A DNA stretch of 64,000 bases. Source: a virus. Taxonomy: Duplodnaviria > Caudoviricetes. The notes under the pieces were generated by a model that searched no databases, was not told where the DNA came from, and saw only the letters and a program-made list of their open reading frames with translations. Where the stretch lies: the IMG/VR virus record IMGVR_UViG_3300032219_002227, positions 96,001-160,000 of that record; one strand, given 5' to 3'. Made by a program: the position numbers and the translations under genes. This document shows, piece after piece, positions 10,123 to 19,683 of this stretch (positions are counted from its first letter, which is position 1; every line of letters begins with the position of its first letter).

Positions 10123-10347
10123 ATGAAAGTACAACAGTATTTAAACGAAGTAAAAGCTACCCAAATAGCAGTAGGAAATCAATTTACTTTATCGGGAGAT
10201 ATAGGTAAATTTGTAAAAGGTGATAAAGTTGAAATAATAAAAGTAACACCTTTTGGGAATGATATAGAAATAAAACTAACTAATGAAGAAGGTACTACTG
10301 ATACCTTCTATTTAGATAAAAATGATGATTTTGAAGAATTAACTTAA
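10123..10347 (+). CDS. Small SH3-like protein with capsid-like N-terminus
   Basis: MKVQQYLNE resembles the capsid N-terminus MNVQQLLE; beta-rich body. Confidence 0.6.
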   Translation: MKVQQYLNEVKATQIAVGNQFTLSGDIGKFVKGDKVEIIKVTPFGNDIEIKLTNEEGTTDTFYLDKNDDFEELT

Positions 10348-10379
10348 TTTGGCTTGGGCAAAATTAGTTATTAAATTTC
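10348..10379 (+). promoter_or_regulatory. Bacteroidota-type sigma-A promoter candidate (TTTG-N20-TAAATTTC)
   Basis: Close to the TTTG(-33)/TAnnTTTG(-7) consensus; similar elements near 12503, 13097 and 58790. Confidence 0.5.
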
Positions 10380-10399
10380 ACTATTAATATAAGCTATCT

Positions 10400-11158
10400 A
10401 TGAGTCAGATTAAAAGGTTATTTTTTGATATAGAAACAAGTCCAAATATTGGACTTTTTTGGACTGCTGGCTACAGACAAACAATCAGTCCTGATAATAT
10501 CATTAAAGAAAGAGCAATTATTTGTATTTGTTATAAATGGGCAAGTAATGATAAAGTATATTCATTACAGTGGAATGAAAATCAAGACGATAAACAACTA
10601 TTAGAAAAATTCATAGAAATAGCTAATGAAGCTGATGAATTAATAGGTCACAATGGTGACAGATTTGATCTACCATGGATTAGAACTCGTTGTTTATATC
10701 ATAGAATTCCTGTATTTCCTAATTATACTACTTTAGATACATTAAAGTATGCCCGTTCTAAATTTAAATTTAATAGTAATAAATTAGATTACATTGCTAA
10801 ATTTTTAGGTATAGGACAGAAGACACATACCGGATATGATTTGTGGAAAAGAGTAGTACTTGAAAAGGATATAGAAGCATTAGATTATATGGTTGAATAC
10901 TGTAAAAATGATGTTGTATTACTTGAACAAGTATATAATGAAATGTCTACTTATGTTCCTGCTAAAACACACCATGGTGTAATAGCAGGCGGTGAAAAAC
11001 ATTCATGTCCTAACTGCAGTTCAGAAGATATGAAATTTTCACAGAGACGTTATACTGCATCTGGTACTCCAAGAATTCAATTACAATGTAAAAAATGTCA
11101 TACTTATCATACAATTTCAAATAAAATATATGTATCTATGACAGATAAAAACGACTAA
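10400..11158 (+). CDS. RNase H-like (DEDD/PolB-exonuclease-type) nuclease with C-terminal Zn ribbon
   Basis: FFDIETSP, GHNGDRFDLPWI, YCKNDV motifs; CPNC...CKKC. Confidence 0.85.
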   Translation: MSQIKRLFFDIETSPNIGLFWTAGYRQTISPDNIIKERAIICICYKWASNDKVYSLQWNENQDDKQLLEKFIEIANEADELIGHNGDRFDLPWIRTRCLYHRIPVFPNYTTLDTLKYARSKFKFNSNKLDYIAKFLGIGQKTHTGYDLWKRVVLEKDIEALDYMVEYCKNDVVLLEQVYNEMSTYVPAKTHHGVIAGGEKHSCPNCSSEDMKFSQRRYTASGTPRIQLQCKKCHTYHTISNKIYVSMTDKND

Positions 11159-11175
11159 ATAAAAATTATTAAAGT

Positions 11176-11568
11176 ATGGAAATGATAAATGAAATTAAAA
11201 GGATGCAAAAATTGGCTGGTATTCTTAAAGAACAAGACGAACCAGAACAAGAAGAAGTAGCAACTGAAGAAGCTCCAACTCCTGATCTTCCAGCTGGAAA
11301 TATTACTCAGGAACAAGCCGCTCAATTAATTAGAGATACAAAAGGTAAATTCTTTACTGTAACATTCATTAAAAAAGATGGCAGTACACGTGTAATGAAT
11401 GCTCGTTTAGGTGTTAAAGCCTACTTAAAGGGGGGTGAACTTCCATATAATCCAACAGCTAAAGGACTAATTCCAGTATATGATATGAAAGCGCGTGACT
11501 ATAGAATGGTGAATATCAATACTATTAAAAATCTAAAGATTGGTAATAACGAATATAACGTATCCTAA
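11176..11568 (+). CDS. SH3-barrel/WYL-like protein behind an RMQKLAGILKE tag and acidic linker
   Basis: FFTVTFIKKDGSTRVMNA...VYDM...YRMVN is a WYL/SH3 (DUF2693-like) pattern. Confidence 0.7.
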   Translation: MEMINEIKRMQKLAGILKEQDEPEQEEVATEEAPTPDLPAGNITQEQAAQLIRDTKGKFFTVTFIKKDGSTRVMNARLGVKAYLKGGELPYNPTAKGLIPVYDMKARDYRMVNINTIKNLKIGNNEYNVS

Positions 11569-12518
11569 TGAAATTTTTAGATAAGATACTTAATGAATGG
11601 TCATTTCGTTGCCATGATGGAATTGTTGATGTAAATGATTCTAAAAAACTTGATATTCTAAATGAAATTCTAGATGAATATAAAATTAAAGATTTCATTC
11701 TAGAATTATCTAATACAGATCATTTTGCTAAACGTTTAGGAGAACGCGGTAACGTATTAGATATATTAAATCTAAAAGATATACCTCTTAAAGATTACAA
11801 ATTTACTGAAGTAAAAGAAAAACTTAAAACTAATATATCAGAAGAACTAGTACAGCGTGCTGATAAAGTATTAAATAAAGATATACCATCATCTGTTATG
11901 TATGATGTAGGTATAAAAATACTTAAACCTGTACTTGTAGTTGATGGTGAAAAATATCCTCTTAGATTATTTGCAAAATCAACTAAAGAAATAAAAGATA
12001 AAGAAGGTAACGTAAAAGAAGTTATATTAGTAGATAATAAAGGTACATTATATTTTGCTACTGTTGCTGATAATCACGTAACTACATTATTATTGCTTGA
12101 TAAAGAAGACGATAATGACCTATATTTCCAAATTAAAGATCATGTAGATAGAAAAAAAGGAGGAGATAAAGAAGCTAAAATATTAACTCCACCAAATTAT
12201 ATCTATGAAATTGATCTAGATGTATTAATGGGTAAAGAAAAAGAACCACAACAAGGTCCTGCTTTAATAGATCCATCTACTTTACCTTATAAAGTAAGAA
12301 CTGATTATAGAGCCGGAGCTAACTTTGAACATGAAAAGTTTGGAACAGGTAAAATAGAAACTACATCAGCCGGTTCTGGAGGTAAAGGAGATTCTAGAGG
12401 AACACTTGATTGGGTTGATGTGAAATATCCAAAACCATTCCTTAAAGGAGGTAAATTAACAAATATACGTCGCTTTGATAATATACTTACTTTAGCTTCT
12501 CCTTTGTTGGCAAAGTAA
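11568..12518 (+). CDS. Putative internal protein with C-terminal PcrA/UvrD-type Tudor domain
   Basis: MKFLDKILNE tag; G...HEKFGTGKI...VDVKYPKP...IRR pattern. Confidence 0.6.
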   Translation: MKFLDKILNEWSFRCHDGIVDVNDSKKLDILNEILDEYKIKDFILELSNTDHFAKRLGERGNVLDILNLKDIPLKDYKFTEVKEKLKTNISEELVQRADKVLNKDIPSSVMYDVGIKILKPVLVVDGEKYPLRLFAKSTKEIKDKEGNVKEVILVDNKGTLYFATVADNHVTTLLLLDKEDDNDLYFQIKDHVDRKKGGDKEAKILTPPNYIYEIDLDVLMGKEKEPQQGPALIDPSTLPYKVRTDYRAGANFEHEKFGTGKIETTSAGSGGKGDSRGTLDWVDVKYPKPFLKGGKLTNIRRFDNILTLASPLLAK

Positions 12519-12536
12519 ATCTTATACATTTATTGT

Positions 12537-13019
12537 ATGAATATATTTTATATACACGTAGATCCAATTATTGCTGCACAACAACTTGCCGACGATCATA
12601 TCCGCAAAATGCAAATCGAATCAGCACAAATGTGTTGCACTACACATTGGGTGAATGGTGGTGAAGCACCATATAAGAAAGCTCATTATAATCACCCATC
12701 AACTAAATGGGTACGTGAATCAATTCAACATTATCGTTGGCTTGTACAACATGGTTTAGAAATTTGTAATGAATTTATTAAACGTTATGGAAAAATACAT
12801 AAAACTCAAGCAGTACTTGAATGGTGTCGTAACAATGAGCCAAATATCCCTGACAATGGGTTTACTCCTCCACCACAATGTATGCCAGATGAATACAAAA
12901 AAGACGATACTATTGTAGCTTATCGCGAATTTTATATAAAAGATAAAATAGGTATTAAAGGATTAGGATGGAAAAAATTAAATAATGCTCCTAAGTGGAT
13001 ATTTATTGAAAACATATAG
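12537..13019 (+). CDS. denV: Pyrimidine-dimer DNA glycosylase / endonuclease V family
   Basis: MNIF...DDHIRKMQIESAQM, YKKAHYNHPSTKWVRES, EFIKRYGKIH, PQCMPDEY. Confidence 0.8.
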   Translation: MNIFYIHVDPIIAAQQLADDHIRKMQIESAQMCCTTHWVNGGEAPYKKAHYNHPSTKWVRESIQHYRWLVQHGLEICNEFIKRYGKIHKTQAVLEWCRNNEPNIPDNGFTPPPQCMPDEYKKDDTIVAYREFYIKDKIGIKGLGWKKLNNAPKWIFIENI

Positions 13020-13094
13020 AACAGATTCATTGCCTGTTCGCTCGTAAGAGATAAAATATTGGAGTAGTGGCCCACCTAAAAGGTGGGCTTCTTT
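13011..13094 (+). ncRNA. Candidate structured small RNA (stem-loop, GNRA hairpin, potential pseudoknot, terminator)
   Basis: GAACAG/CTGTTC stem 13019-13039; CTC-GTAA-GAG 13041-13050; loop CATTGC can pair with GTAGTG 13064-13069; ATATTTAT at 12999. Confidence 0.5.
13070..13094 (+). terminator. Intrinsic terminator
   Basis: GCCCACC-TAAAA-GGTGGGC followed by TTCTTT. Confidence 0.7.
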
Positions 13095-13146
13095 AATTTG
13101 TATATGGCAAAGTTTTTTATTAAATTTATATATTCAATTTAAAATT

Positions 13147-14538
13147 ATGAGAAGTCATCAAAGAGCAATTAGAGGATGGAATAATATGATTAATAATGCT
13201 ATCCCGGCTGAAAGTAAAATTAAAACATTTGTACCATTACCTTCACAAGAACTTAAAAAAATTGTTATTGTAGGAGCGGGTGTAGCAGGTATTAATGCTG
13301 CTACTAAATTAGTTGATAATGGTTATCCTGGAGAACTAATTACTATTATAGACAAAGGAAATAATCCACATAATCGTTTACCTGAAGAAGTAATGACAGG
13401 TATGCTTGGTGCTGGTGGTTGGTCTGATGGTAAATTAACTCACCACACAGCAATTGGAGGACAACTAAACAAATATTGTGGTGATGAGAAAGCAATGGAA
13501 TTGATGGATCAAGTTATTTCTAATTTTAGACGCTTCCATCCAAAACCAGAAGAAATATTTATGTCTGATCCACAAAAAGAACCTGAATTTATTAAACCAT
13601 ATTTTGGTTTGAGAATGTTTCCTGTATGGCATATTGGTTCTAATTTCTTACATGAGATTGCTAAATCATGGTATCAATATTTAGTTGATAAAGGTGTTAA
13701 ATTTGAATGGAATACTGAAGTGAATAATATTGACTTTAAAAATAATTACATAATAGGAGTATATAATAATAAAAATTGTGACTATTATTATGATGAATTA
13801 ATATTCGCAGTAGGCAAATCAGGTATTGATTTTGCTCAAAAACTAGCAGATAATTACAAATTACCTAATGAACCTAAATCAGTACAAATTGGAGTTCGAT
13901 TTGAAGCACCACAAAAATACTTTCAAAAATTAATTGATGTATCATATGATTTTAAATTATACCAAAAATTTGATAACGTTAGTTTACGTTCATTTTGTAC
14001 TAATAATAATGCTGCCTATGTGGCTGTTGAAGAGACTTACGGAAACATTAGCTATAACGGACATGCTAAAAAAGGTAAGGAATTTGAGAATCAAATGACT
14101 AACTTTGGTATCTTAATGGAAATTAAAGGTATTGAAGATCCATTTAAATGGAGTAGAGATGTAGTTAAAAAACTTCAATCTAATAAAACAGGATTATACT
14201 ATTCACCTTCTCGCACCCCAGCATTAACATCAGAAGGAATGACAGTATCTTCTACTCAAATAGATAATTTATCTCCTGTAAGAAAAGCAATGGGTAAATA
14301 TTTTAATTATATTGAAGATTTTATCAATGATATGAACAAAGTATTTAACTTTGGTGATGATTGGGGAATGTATATTCCTGAAGTAAAATATCTATCACCT
14401 GAACCATTAATTAATTATAATGACTTATCACTTACAGAATATACTAATGTACATTTTGTAGGAGATGCACTTTCAGCTCGAGGTATTACAGTTAGTGGAG
14501 CTCAAGGTATTTATGTAGCAGAATCACTTTTAAAATAA
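13147..14538 (+). CDS. FAD-dependent oxidoreductase (COG2509-like NAD(FAD)-utilising dehydrogenase)
   Basis: IVIVGAGVAG Rossmann motif; GxxGAGGWSDGKL; RSFC; YNGH; FVGDA...RGI..S..QG. Confidence 0.85.
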   Translation: MRSHQRAIRGWNNMINNAIPAESKIKTFVPLPSQELKKIVIVGAGVAGINAATKLVDNGYPGELITIIDKGNNPHNRLPEEVMTGMLGAGGWSDGKLTHHTAIGGQLNKYCGDEKAMELMDQVISNFRRFHPKPEEIFMSDPQKEPEFIKPYFGLRMFPVWHIGSNFLHEIAKSWYQYLVDKGVKFEWNTEVNNIDFKNNYIIGVYNNKNCDYYYDELIFAVGKSGIDFAQKLADNYKLPNEPKSVQIGVRFEAPQKYFQKLIDVSYDFKLYQKFDNVSLRSFCTNNNAAYVAVEETYGNISYNGHAKKGKEFENQMTNFGILMEIKGIEDPFKWSRDVVKKLQSNKTGLYYSPSRTPALTSEGMTVSSTQIDNLSPVRKAMGKYFNYIEDFINDMNKVFNFGDDWGMYIPEVKYLSPEPLINYNDLSLTEYTNVHFVGDALSARGITVSGAQGIYVAESLLK

Positions 14539-14546
14539 AATATATT

Positions 14547-14783
14547 ATGTCCGGAGTAAAAAAATTAAAAACAGCAGATGGTACAGTAGCTTATTATTTA
14601 GATAATAAACTTCATAATTGGGATGGTCCCGCTCTTATCCCACAAGGTAATAAACGTTTAGCAGAATATTATCTATTTGGGCTTAAAAAAACTAAAGAAC
14701 AATGGGAAGACAGTAAAAAAGACAGTAACGGAGTTCCTTTCTATAAAACATCAGCAGGTAAAGCAGCAGGCGCTCGTGTATAA
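14547..14783 (+). CDS. Small protein with a single LHxxDGPA phage repeat
   Basis: YYLDNKLHNWDGPALI...EYYLFG. Confidence 0.7.
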   Translation: MSGVKKLKTADGTVAYYLDNKLHNWDGPALIPQGNKRLAEYYLFGLKKTKEQWEDSKKDSNGVPFYKTSAGKAAGARV

Positions 14784-14813
14784 TGGTCAAAATAAAAAAT
14801 ATATCTTTATTAC

Positions 14814-15026
14814 ATGAAAGATAGAAAATTCACTCGTGTATATGAAGACGATGAAACTATAGAAACATGGATCTTTGATTTAGATAAATTCGACAAAGGT
14901 CCTATTTCTGTTGATATTAAATACAAAGCAGGGGCAGAAAAAAAAATAAAAGCACGTGCTAAAGATAATAAACAAGTTAAAAAAATAGCACGGCAAATGA
15001 AAAAAATAAATAATAAAAATAAATGA
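14814..15026 (+). CDS. Small basic hypothetical protein
   Basis: Co-oriented ORF overlapping the next start; K-rich tail. Confidence 0.6.
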   Translation: MKDRKFTRVYEDDETIETWIFDLDKFDKGPISVDIKYKAGAEKKIKARAKDNKQVKKIARQMKKINNKNK

Positions 15027-15541
15027 GAATAGGATTAGCAGGTACAATGAGTGTAGGTAAAACTACATTAGCTAAAGTATTAGGTGAATTAGAACAATTT
15101 AAAGATTATACTATACAAACTGAACGTAGTAAATATTTAAATAGTTTAGGTATTCCACTTAATACTGATTCTACATTACGTGGTCAATTCGTATTTCTAG
15201 CTGAACGTGCTAGTGAATTACTTGCTGATAATATTGTTACTGACAGAACAATTTGGGATGTATGTTCATTTACATTATCAGCAAAATCAATAAGTGATTC
15301 TGAAAAGCGCGCTTTTGTCGAAGCAGCTATGTATCTTAGAGAATATTATGATGTAGTGATTTATGTTTCTCCTAATGGTGTTAATATGGAAGATAATGGT
15401 ATTCGTGAAACTGATTTAGATTATCGCATGAAAATTGATACTGCTATTCAAATGGCATTAGAAGAATTTAAACCTAAAAAATTAATTAGTGTAGAGGGCT
15501 CAACTGAGCAAAGAATAAATACTATATTAGCAAATATTTAA
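15023..15541 (+). CDS. P-loop kinase, NadR/AAA_28-like (possible nucleotide kinase)
   Basis: GTMSVGKTT Walker A; TDRT..D; EDNGIRE. Confidence 0.8.
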   Translation: MRIGLAGTMSVGKTTLAKVLGELEQFKDYTIQTERSKYLNSLGIPLNTDSTLRGQFVFLAERASELLADNIVTDRTIWDVCSFTLSAKSISDSEKRAFVEAAMYLREYYDVVIYVSPNGVNMEDNGIRETDLDYRMKIDTAIQMALEEFKPKKLISVEGSTEQRINTILANI

Positions 15542-15546
15542 AAGTT

Positions 15547-16716
15547 ATGGATATAATAAATGATATAAGCAAAGTTGCAAAACAACTTATGTTAAAGGAA
15601 CCTTTTTACGGAGTTTTTCTCTCAACATTAAACAAAAAAGTAGGTACGACTACTCCTACCGCTGGTGTTTGTTTAAATAACATTAATTATGAATTAATTG
15701 TTAATGAAGAGTTTTGGAACTCATTAGATAATGATAATAAAAAAATAGGATTACTTAAGCATGAATTATTACATATTTGTTTTAATCATTTGATTGATCG
15801 AGAAAATTATCCCGATCATATTTTACATAATATTGCTGCTGATATTGAAATAAATCAATATATAGACCCACAATATTATCCAACAGATCAACTTCTTCTC
15901 CCATCATCATTTCCAGAATTAAGTTTACCTGATAAAATGGGTACTAAATTCTATTATGATGCTTTAAATAAAGCTAAACAAGATGGTAGTAGCCCAACAT
16001 TAGATGGTATGCTAGATGATGATTTTCATTCAACTTGGGGAGAATTTGAATCATTATCTGAAGCAGATAAAAAATTAGTTAAAGCTCAAATCGACCATCA
16101 AATAAAAAGTATAGTAGAGTCTCAAAAAGATAGTGGTAGAGGTTTTGTACCGAATGAATTAAAAAATTATATTGATGGTTTATTTGAAATAATACCACCA
16201 TCATATGATTGGAGATCATATTTTAGAAGATTCTTTAGTTCATCCTCTAAAGTATATACTAAAAAAACACGCCGTAAATTAAATAAACGTTTCCAAGAAA
16301 ACCCAGCATTAAAAATAAAGCCAAAAAAGAAAGTATTAGTTGGGATAGATACTTCAGGATCAGTTGGTGAAAATGATATAAAGGAATTCTTTAATGAATT
16401 ACATCACATGCATAAAACAGGAGTATCAATTAATGTAGCAGAAGGGGATGCAAAAGTTCATAAAGTATATGAATACAGAGGAATGACTCCTGAATATATT
16501 ACAGGTAGAGGTGGTACAAATATGGATGTTTTTATAGACTATATAAATGAACATCGTGAATATAATAGTTTAATAATATTAACTGATGGATTTATAGGTA
16601 AAAGAGAATCCAAATCATTCAAACCAGTATTAACTGTAGTAAGTTCTAATGGTGAAAAATTAGAAACAGTAGTAGAAAATGAATGGGGAAATGTTATCAA
16701 GATAAATAAAAAATAA
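15547..16716 (+). CDS. HExxH metallopeptidase plus VWA domain protein (DUF2201-type)
   Basis: LKHELLH, NIAADIEIN, IDTSGS MIDAS, GRGGT, LTDG. Confidence 0.85.
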   Translation: MDIINDISKVAKQLMLKEPFYGVFLSTLNKKVGTTTPTAGVCLNNINYELIVNEEFWNSLDNDNKKIGLLKHELLHICFNHLIDRENYPDHILHNIAADIEINQYIDPQYYPTDQLLLPSSFPELSLPDKMGTKFYYDALNKAKQDGSSPTLDGMLDDDFHSTWGEFESLSEADKKLVKAQIDHQIKSIVESQKDSGRGFVPNELKNYIDGLFEIIPPSYDWRSYFRRFFSSSSKVYTKKTRRKLNKRFQENPALKIKPKKKVLVGIDTSGSVGENDIKEFFNELHHMHKTGVSINVAEGDAKVHKVYEYRGMTPEYITGRGGTNMDVFIDYINEHREYNSLIILTDGFIGKRESKSFKPVLTVVSSNGEKLETVVENEWGNVIKINKK

Positions 16717-16764
16717 GGCGGTCGAGACTCTTATTTTAAATTTAAATCATTAAAAAATTAAGTT

Positions 16765-17949
16765 ATGTCAAATAAAACAAAACAGGTTTCGCTCAACGTT
16801 AATGAAACAAAAACGTTTCTTAAACACATTATTAACAATAATCGTTTTCTACAATCTAATAGTAAACCACCAGTTGCTGTTGAAGTAGTAGGAGATTCAG
16901 GTATTGGTAAAACATCAACTATTATTCAATTAGCAAATGAATTGGATCTTAACTTTGTTAAACTAAATCTTGCTCAAATTGAAGAACTAGGTGACTTGGT
17001 TGGTTTTCCAATTCGTCAATTTGAAGTATGTAAAGATACAAATGATTGTATTTGGATTGATGAACATGCTGTAGACGAATATACAAAACAAGGATATAGA
17101 TTTACTGGTCAAAATCGTATGAGTTATTGTCCACCTGAATGGATTAGTGGTAAATCAAATGGTGGTATATTGTTATTAGATGACTGGAATCGCGCTGATG
17201 TTAGGTTTATTCAAGCTGTAATGGAACTAATAGATAGACAACAATATATTAGTTGGTCTCTACCTAAAGATTGGCATATTATTCTTACAAGTAATCCTGA
17301 TAATGGTGAATATTTAGTTAATAGTATAGATAACGCCCAAAAAACACGATTTATATCTATTAATCTTAAATTTGATATTAATTGTTGGGGTGAATGGGCT
17401 GAGAATAGTCAAATAGATAATAGATGTATTAATTTTCTTCTTAGACATCCCGAATTAGTTAGTACAAATACTAATTCTAGAAGTATTACAACATTTTTTA
17501 ATTCAATATCTTCATTATCTTCATTTGATTCTGAACTAGGTCTTATTCAAATGATCGGAGAAGGTAGTGTCGGACCTGAATTCACTACTATGTTTACAAT
17601 GTTTATCAATAATAAACTTGATAAAATTATATCTCCAGAGACTATTATGACACACGAAAGTTTAGATTATATTATTAATACCTTAAAAGGAATTATAGGT
17701 AAAGATAAAGAATATCGTGCAGATCTAGCATCTATTATTTCAACTCGTATTATAAACTTTAGTTTGTTTTTTGCTAAAAATAATAAAATTGAAAAAAGTT
17801 TTATAGATAGATTAGCATCACTTATTAATGAAGAATTGTTTGCTGTAGATTTGAAATATAATATTGTCAAATCAATTTATAATGGTAATCAATCCTCGTT
17901 TAAAAGTTTGACTTTAAATAAAACACTTCTTAATTTTATAATTAAATAA
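16765..17949 (+). CDS. MoxR-like AAA+ ATPase
   Basis: GDSGIGKT, ELGDLVGFP, LLLDDWNRA, TSNP, TRF; adjacent to the VWA gene. Confidence 0.85.
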   Translation: MSNKTKQVSLNVNETKTFLKHIINNNRFLQSNSKPPVAVEVVGDSGIGKTSTIIQLANELDLNFVKLNLAQIEELGDLVGFPIRQFEVCKDTNDCIWIDEHAVDEYTKQGYRFTGQNRMSYCPPEWISGKSNGGILLLDDWNRADVRFIQAVMELIDRQQYISWSLPKDWHIILTSNPDNGEYLVNSIDNAQKTRFISINLKFDINCWGEWAENSQIDNRCINFLLRHPELVSTNTNSRSITTFFNSISSLSSFDSELGLIQMIGEGSVGPEFTTMFTMFINNKLDKIISPETIMTHESLDYIINTLKGIIGKDKEYRADLASIISTRIINFSLFFAKNNKIEKSFIDRLASLINEELFAVDLKYNIVKSIYNGNQSSFKSLTLNKTLLNFIIK

Positions 17950-17957
17950 TAAAGGTT

Positions 17958-18965
17958 ATGTATAAAGAAATAACTAGTATAGTACAATCAAATTATGGTA
18001 TAAACAGTAATATTACTAAAACTATAAGTCCTAGTACTTCTTGGAGAGCGGTGAGTAGTCTAAAGTATATTACTAGAGAAATGATTGAAAAGTATAAAAA
18101 TATATACCAAAAAAACGCAAATAATAAATTACAAAATAATTCTACAGTACATTTTAGTCCATTATCTAACTTACCTCGATACAAATATAATAATTATATT
18201 GAAGAGAATAAATTAAATATTAAAAAAGTAAGAACTAAAGATAAAATAGATTCTTTAATAATTAGTAATACTCTAATAAATGAATATTATTTTAGTAATA
18301 TAAATACTAGAAAATACTATCTAGTACCACTATCATTATTAAGTATAAAAGAAAGTGAAAGAATTACTTCTTATTTTGTTAGAGAAGATCGAGTAGAAGA
18401 AGTTAAACAAGTTTCACCTCCATTGTATCAACAGCTAATTGAATGTCCTTCATTTACAGGAAGTATTATTGCTGATGGTTGGGGTACTACTCAAGGTTAT
18501 GCATTATTTGAATATTTTTCAACTCTTATTAATAACTATGATTTATCATCTTACAATATAATTTTTGATGAATCTATTAATAAAGAAATTAATCAAGGTT
18601 TAGTTATAGATATTGATACTTTTGACACACTATATAATATGCTGGCTAGTACTAATAAAGATAATTGGTCTTTAGCTTTAGAAATGATTGCTAATTGTGA
18701 TATTGAAGCTTCAAAACCTTATATATTATATTTAATATGGAATTTTGATTATTTGAAAAAGTTCAATAATAATAATAATTATAAATTTTGTTTAAAACTT
18801 TTAGATAAATATAGAAATATATATCATTCATCAACAATTGAAAAATTTATATCAAATCTAATCATAGTCAACCCAGAATTTAAACAAGATATATTTAATT
18901 GTTTTAAAATGCATATAAATGCGATAAATAAAAAGAATATTATACAGGAAATCAATGTTCTTTAA
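17958..18965 (+). CDS. Hypothetical protein, probably third member of the VWA/MoxR operon
   Basis: Long co-oriented ORF; conserved-looking DNWSLALEMIANC. Confidence 0.7.
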   Translation: MYKEITSIVQSNYGINSNITKTISPSTSWRAVSSLKYITREMIEKYKNIYQKNANNKLQNNSTVHFSPLSNLPRYKYNNYIEENKLNIKKVRTKDKIDSLIISNTLINEYYFSNINTRKYYLVPLSLLSIKESERITSYFVREDRVEEVKQVSPPLYQQLIECPSFTGSIIADGWGTTQGYALFEYFSTLINNYDLSSYNIIFDESINKEINQGLVIDIDTFDTLYNMLASTNKDNWSLALEMIANCDIEASKPYILYLIWNFDYLKKFNNNNNYKFCLKLLDKYRNIYHSSTIEKFISNLIIVNPEFKQDIFNCFKMHINAINKKNIIQEINVL

Positions 18966-18976
18966 TATTTATTTAC

Positions 18977-19444
18977 ATGAGCAAACCAAAAACCATAGTT
19001 CTATTAAGTTGTGTTGCAACAAAATTACCAAAACCAGCACCAGCTCGTGAACTTTATGCATCACCTTTATTTAAACGTTCATTAGAATATGCATTATCGT
19101 TAAATCCTGATGATATTTTAATATTATCTGCTAAATATTATGTGATTCCTTTAGACAAAGTAATTTCACCTTATGATAAGACATTGATAAACATGCCTAA
19201 AGAAGAAGTGAATGAGTGGGGTGTTAAAGTTTTAAATATTTTAGCTAATAAGTACGACTTAGAACATGATAAATTCATAATTTTAGCCGGAGAAAAATAC
19301 AGAAAATATATTACTCCTCAAATAAAACATTGGACTGCTCCATTAAAAGGATTAAGAATTGGAGAACAGTTATCATGGTATGTTAAAAAACTAGCTAAAA
19401 AAGTGAAAGAGGGCTTTATTAAATTATTAAATTTATTAAAATAA
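18977..19444 (+). CDS. DUF6884-like protein
   Basis: LLSCVATK...ARELYASPLF...ILSAKY...PYDKTL...LAGEKY...PLKGLRIGEQL. Confidence 0.75.
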   Translation: MSKPKTIVLLSCVATKLPKPAPARELYASPLFKRSLEYALSLNPDDILILSAKYYVIPLDKVISPYDKTLINMPKEEVNEWGVKVLNILANKYDLEHDKFIILAGEKYRKYITPQIKHWTAPLKGLRIGEQLSWYVKKLAKKVKEGFIKLLNLLK

Positions 19445-19683
19445 TGTCAAAACTAAATAAAATAATTGAACGCTATAAAGATGATGCAGATCATTTTGAT
19501 GATTTTGATGATTCAATTATAGGTGAAGTACTAGATAAATTAAATGAATCTTTATCAGTGTTAAAAGAAAACGATAACGCTGGCTATGCCCGTGCTATAA
19601 AAGAATATACAAATTCTCTTAATGGGGAGCGTAAAGAAGTTATGGAAGATTTTATAGAATATTCTAAACATTATAATAAATGA
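19444..19683 (+). CDS. Small acidic helical protein, possible internal protein
   Basis: MSKLNKIIE start; LNE and LKE sites. Confidence 0.55.
   Translation: MSKLNKIIERYKDDADHFDDFDDSIIGEVLDKLNESLSVLKENDNAGYARAIKEYTNSLNGERKEVMEDFIEYSKHYNK

Noticed and set aside
13011-13094. Assignment to preQ1, SAM-II, fluoride riboswitch or pistol ribozyme
   Set aside because: Topology is loosely similar but the diagnostic conserved nucleotides are missing; left unassigned.
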